In this document: positions 62,848 through 64,000 of the stretch, piece by piece
How positions within the stretch are numbered: the stretch's first letter is position 1
Layout of the letters: each line of letters opens with the position of its first letter
Origin: Balanoglossus misakiensis
Lineage: Eukaryota > Animalia > Hemichordata
NCBI GenBank assembly: GCA_040954595.2
Contig: CM082576.2
Coordinates: 10,047,129 to 10,111,128, forward strand
Length of the DNA: 64,000 bases
Direction of reading: 5' to 3'
Notes under the pieces: generated by a model
The model's input: only the letters and a program-made list of their open reading frames with translations
The model's database searches: none
What the model was told of the DNA's origin: nothing
Position numbers and translations under genes: made by a program

Positions 62848-64000
62848 AGTGACCATGTCTTCGCTCTGAAGAGAGCGTCTTGAATCTGTCGTTAACAGCA
62901 GAAATTGTGTGTTTATAACTAAGAATATTAACATGTGCAGATATGAGTGTGCTGTAGGGACGTACCATGTCCAGATTAGAGTGAGGTGTGAAGATTATTG
63001 GTCCATGACAGTCTCGTCTCTCCCTAGAGATTGATGTAGCCATGCCGAGATCGCAGAGTAGCGCGTAACTGAGATCAAGAAATGGTTATGCTGTCTATTA
63101 CCGATAAATATGCAGGTGTGGGGTGATTGCAGAGCCACATTCAAACTTTTTCTTGATCTGCACGAGTGGACATAAACATGCTAATGTGTGGCTGAAATTC
63201 ATCAGTGGGGGTCACTTTTGCAGAAGTATGCAAATACTAACTGATGAATTATTCAGGCTGTAGTTGAAAGGGGCGCGTGTTCTATGCATGCATGCGTAGG
63301 TAAAGAAGCAACATAATACAGATTTCTGTACTGCATGTTCTTGACAAGATGTACACAGGCTCCAGACGTACACAGGCCCTCATGGATGAAAAAATGACCA
63401 CTCGAACTAATGCTGCTCACAGATCCTGATATTGTAGCATAGTGGACATCTCATTTCTGACAAAAATAGAGATGTATGTACATGACATTACACATGTCAA
63501 CAAATGCTAGGCAAATGGCTGCAATTTCTGGAACTGCTTACAAACTTTCAAATTTCAAAATTGTGCGCCTCTGAAAGCCTCAAACTATGCAAATTATTTA
63601 CTATTAATTATTGTCAAGGAACATAACCTATACAATTTCTGATAAGAATTGATTGATGACCTCTGGTAAAGTATTCTTGTTTTCAATTTTCCGTCCAATT
63701 GACTTAGTGTGGTTGAAAATTGTTTCCGTTCAATAATTTAATGTAGAGGAATAACTTTCGATGAGATACACAAATGAAGCAAAAGTTTCTGAACATTCCA
63801 ATGAACTCAAGCAAGAACAAGTGATGTAGATTTCTATTTTAATACATTTAACATTGCTCAAGTTTTACTGAATACAGTTATTTTGTGTGTGCTCTCTCAG
63901 TTCTGACTAAAAATGTTGAATCATCCACGACTATACCGCCTCATAAACTTAAAGATAAACCACAAAAAGGCCTTTGATTGATGCCTGTGTGCAAGTATTA

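Noticed and set aside
1-64000. CRISPR arrays, tRNA, rRNA or prokaryotic defence systems
   Set aside because: No repeat-spacer periodicity, cloverleaf or rRNA signatures were seen by eye, and the sequence is eukaryotic. Small ncRNAs cannot be excluded without a covariance-model search.

Overview
This is eukaryotic (animal, probably marine invertebrate) genomic DNA: AT-rich, intron-rich, with GT-AG spliced genes and no prokaryotic operons, CRISPR arrays, rRNA or tRNA that I could see. I reconstructed six protein-coding genes by hand from splice sites and reading phase. (1) A 5'-truncated PARP1-like gene (+) whose catalytic Glu codon is split by a U12 intron and whose acceptor site is unusually divergent. 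(2) An ankyrin-repeat plus death-fold protein (+). (3) A spliced AlkD-type HEAT-like-repeat DNA glycosylase (-) that keeps the recognisable active-site motifs and has an added NLS-like tail. (4) A 28.6-kb gene (+) for a long acidic disordered protein ending in an AMPK-beta-type CBM48 glycogen-binding domain. It has two candidate first exons (myristoylation motif or trimerising coiled coil) and two mutually exclusive CBM48 exons, one keeping and one losing key sugar-binding residues. (5) POLA2 (+), with a likely U12 intron and E2F/NRF1-like promoter sites. (6) An uncharacterised protein (+) with two cadherin-like beta-sandwich domains, a half-degenerate RING, TRAF-type zinc fingers, TPR-like helices and RGG repeats. 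There are also two TTAA-flanked MITEs and several microsatellites. No database searches were run. Comparisons with reference proteins are from memory, and exon coordinates are manual and may be off by a base or two.
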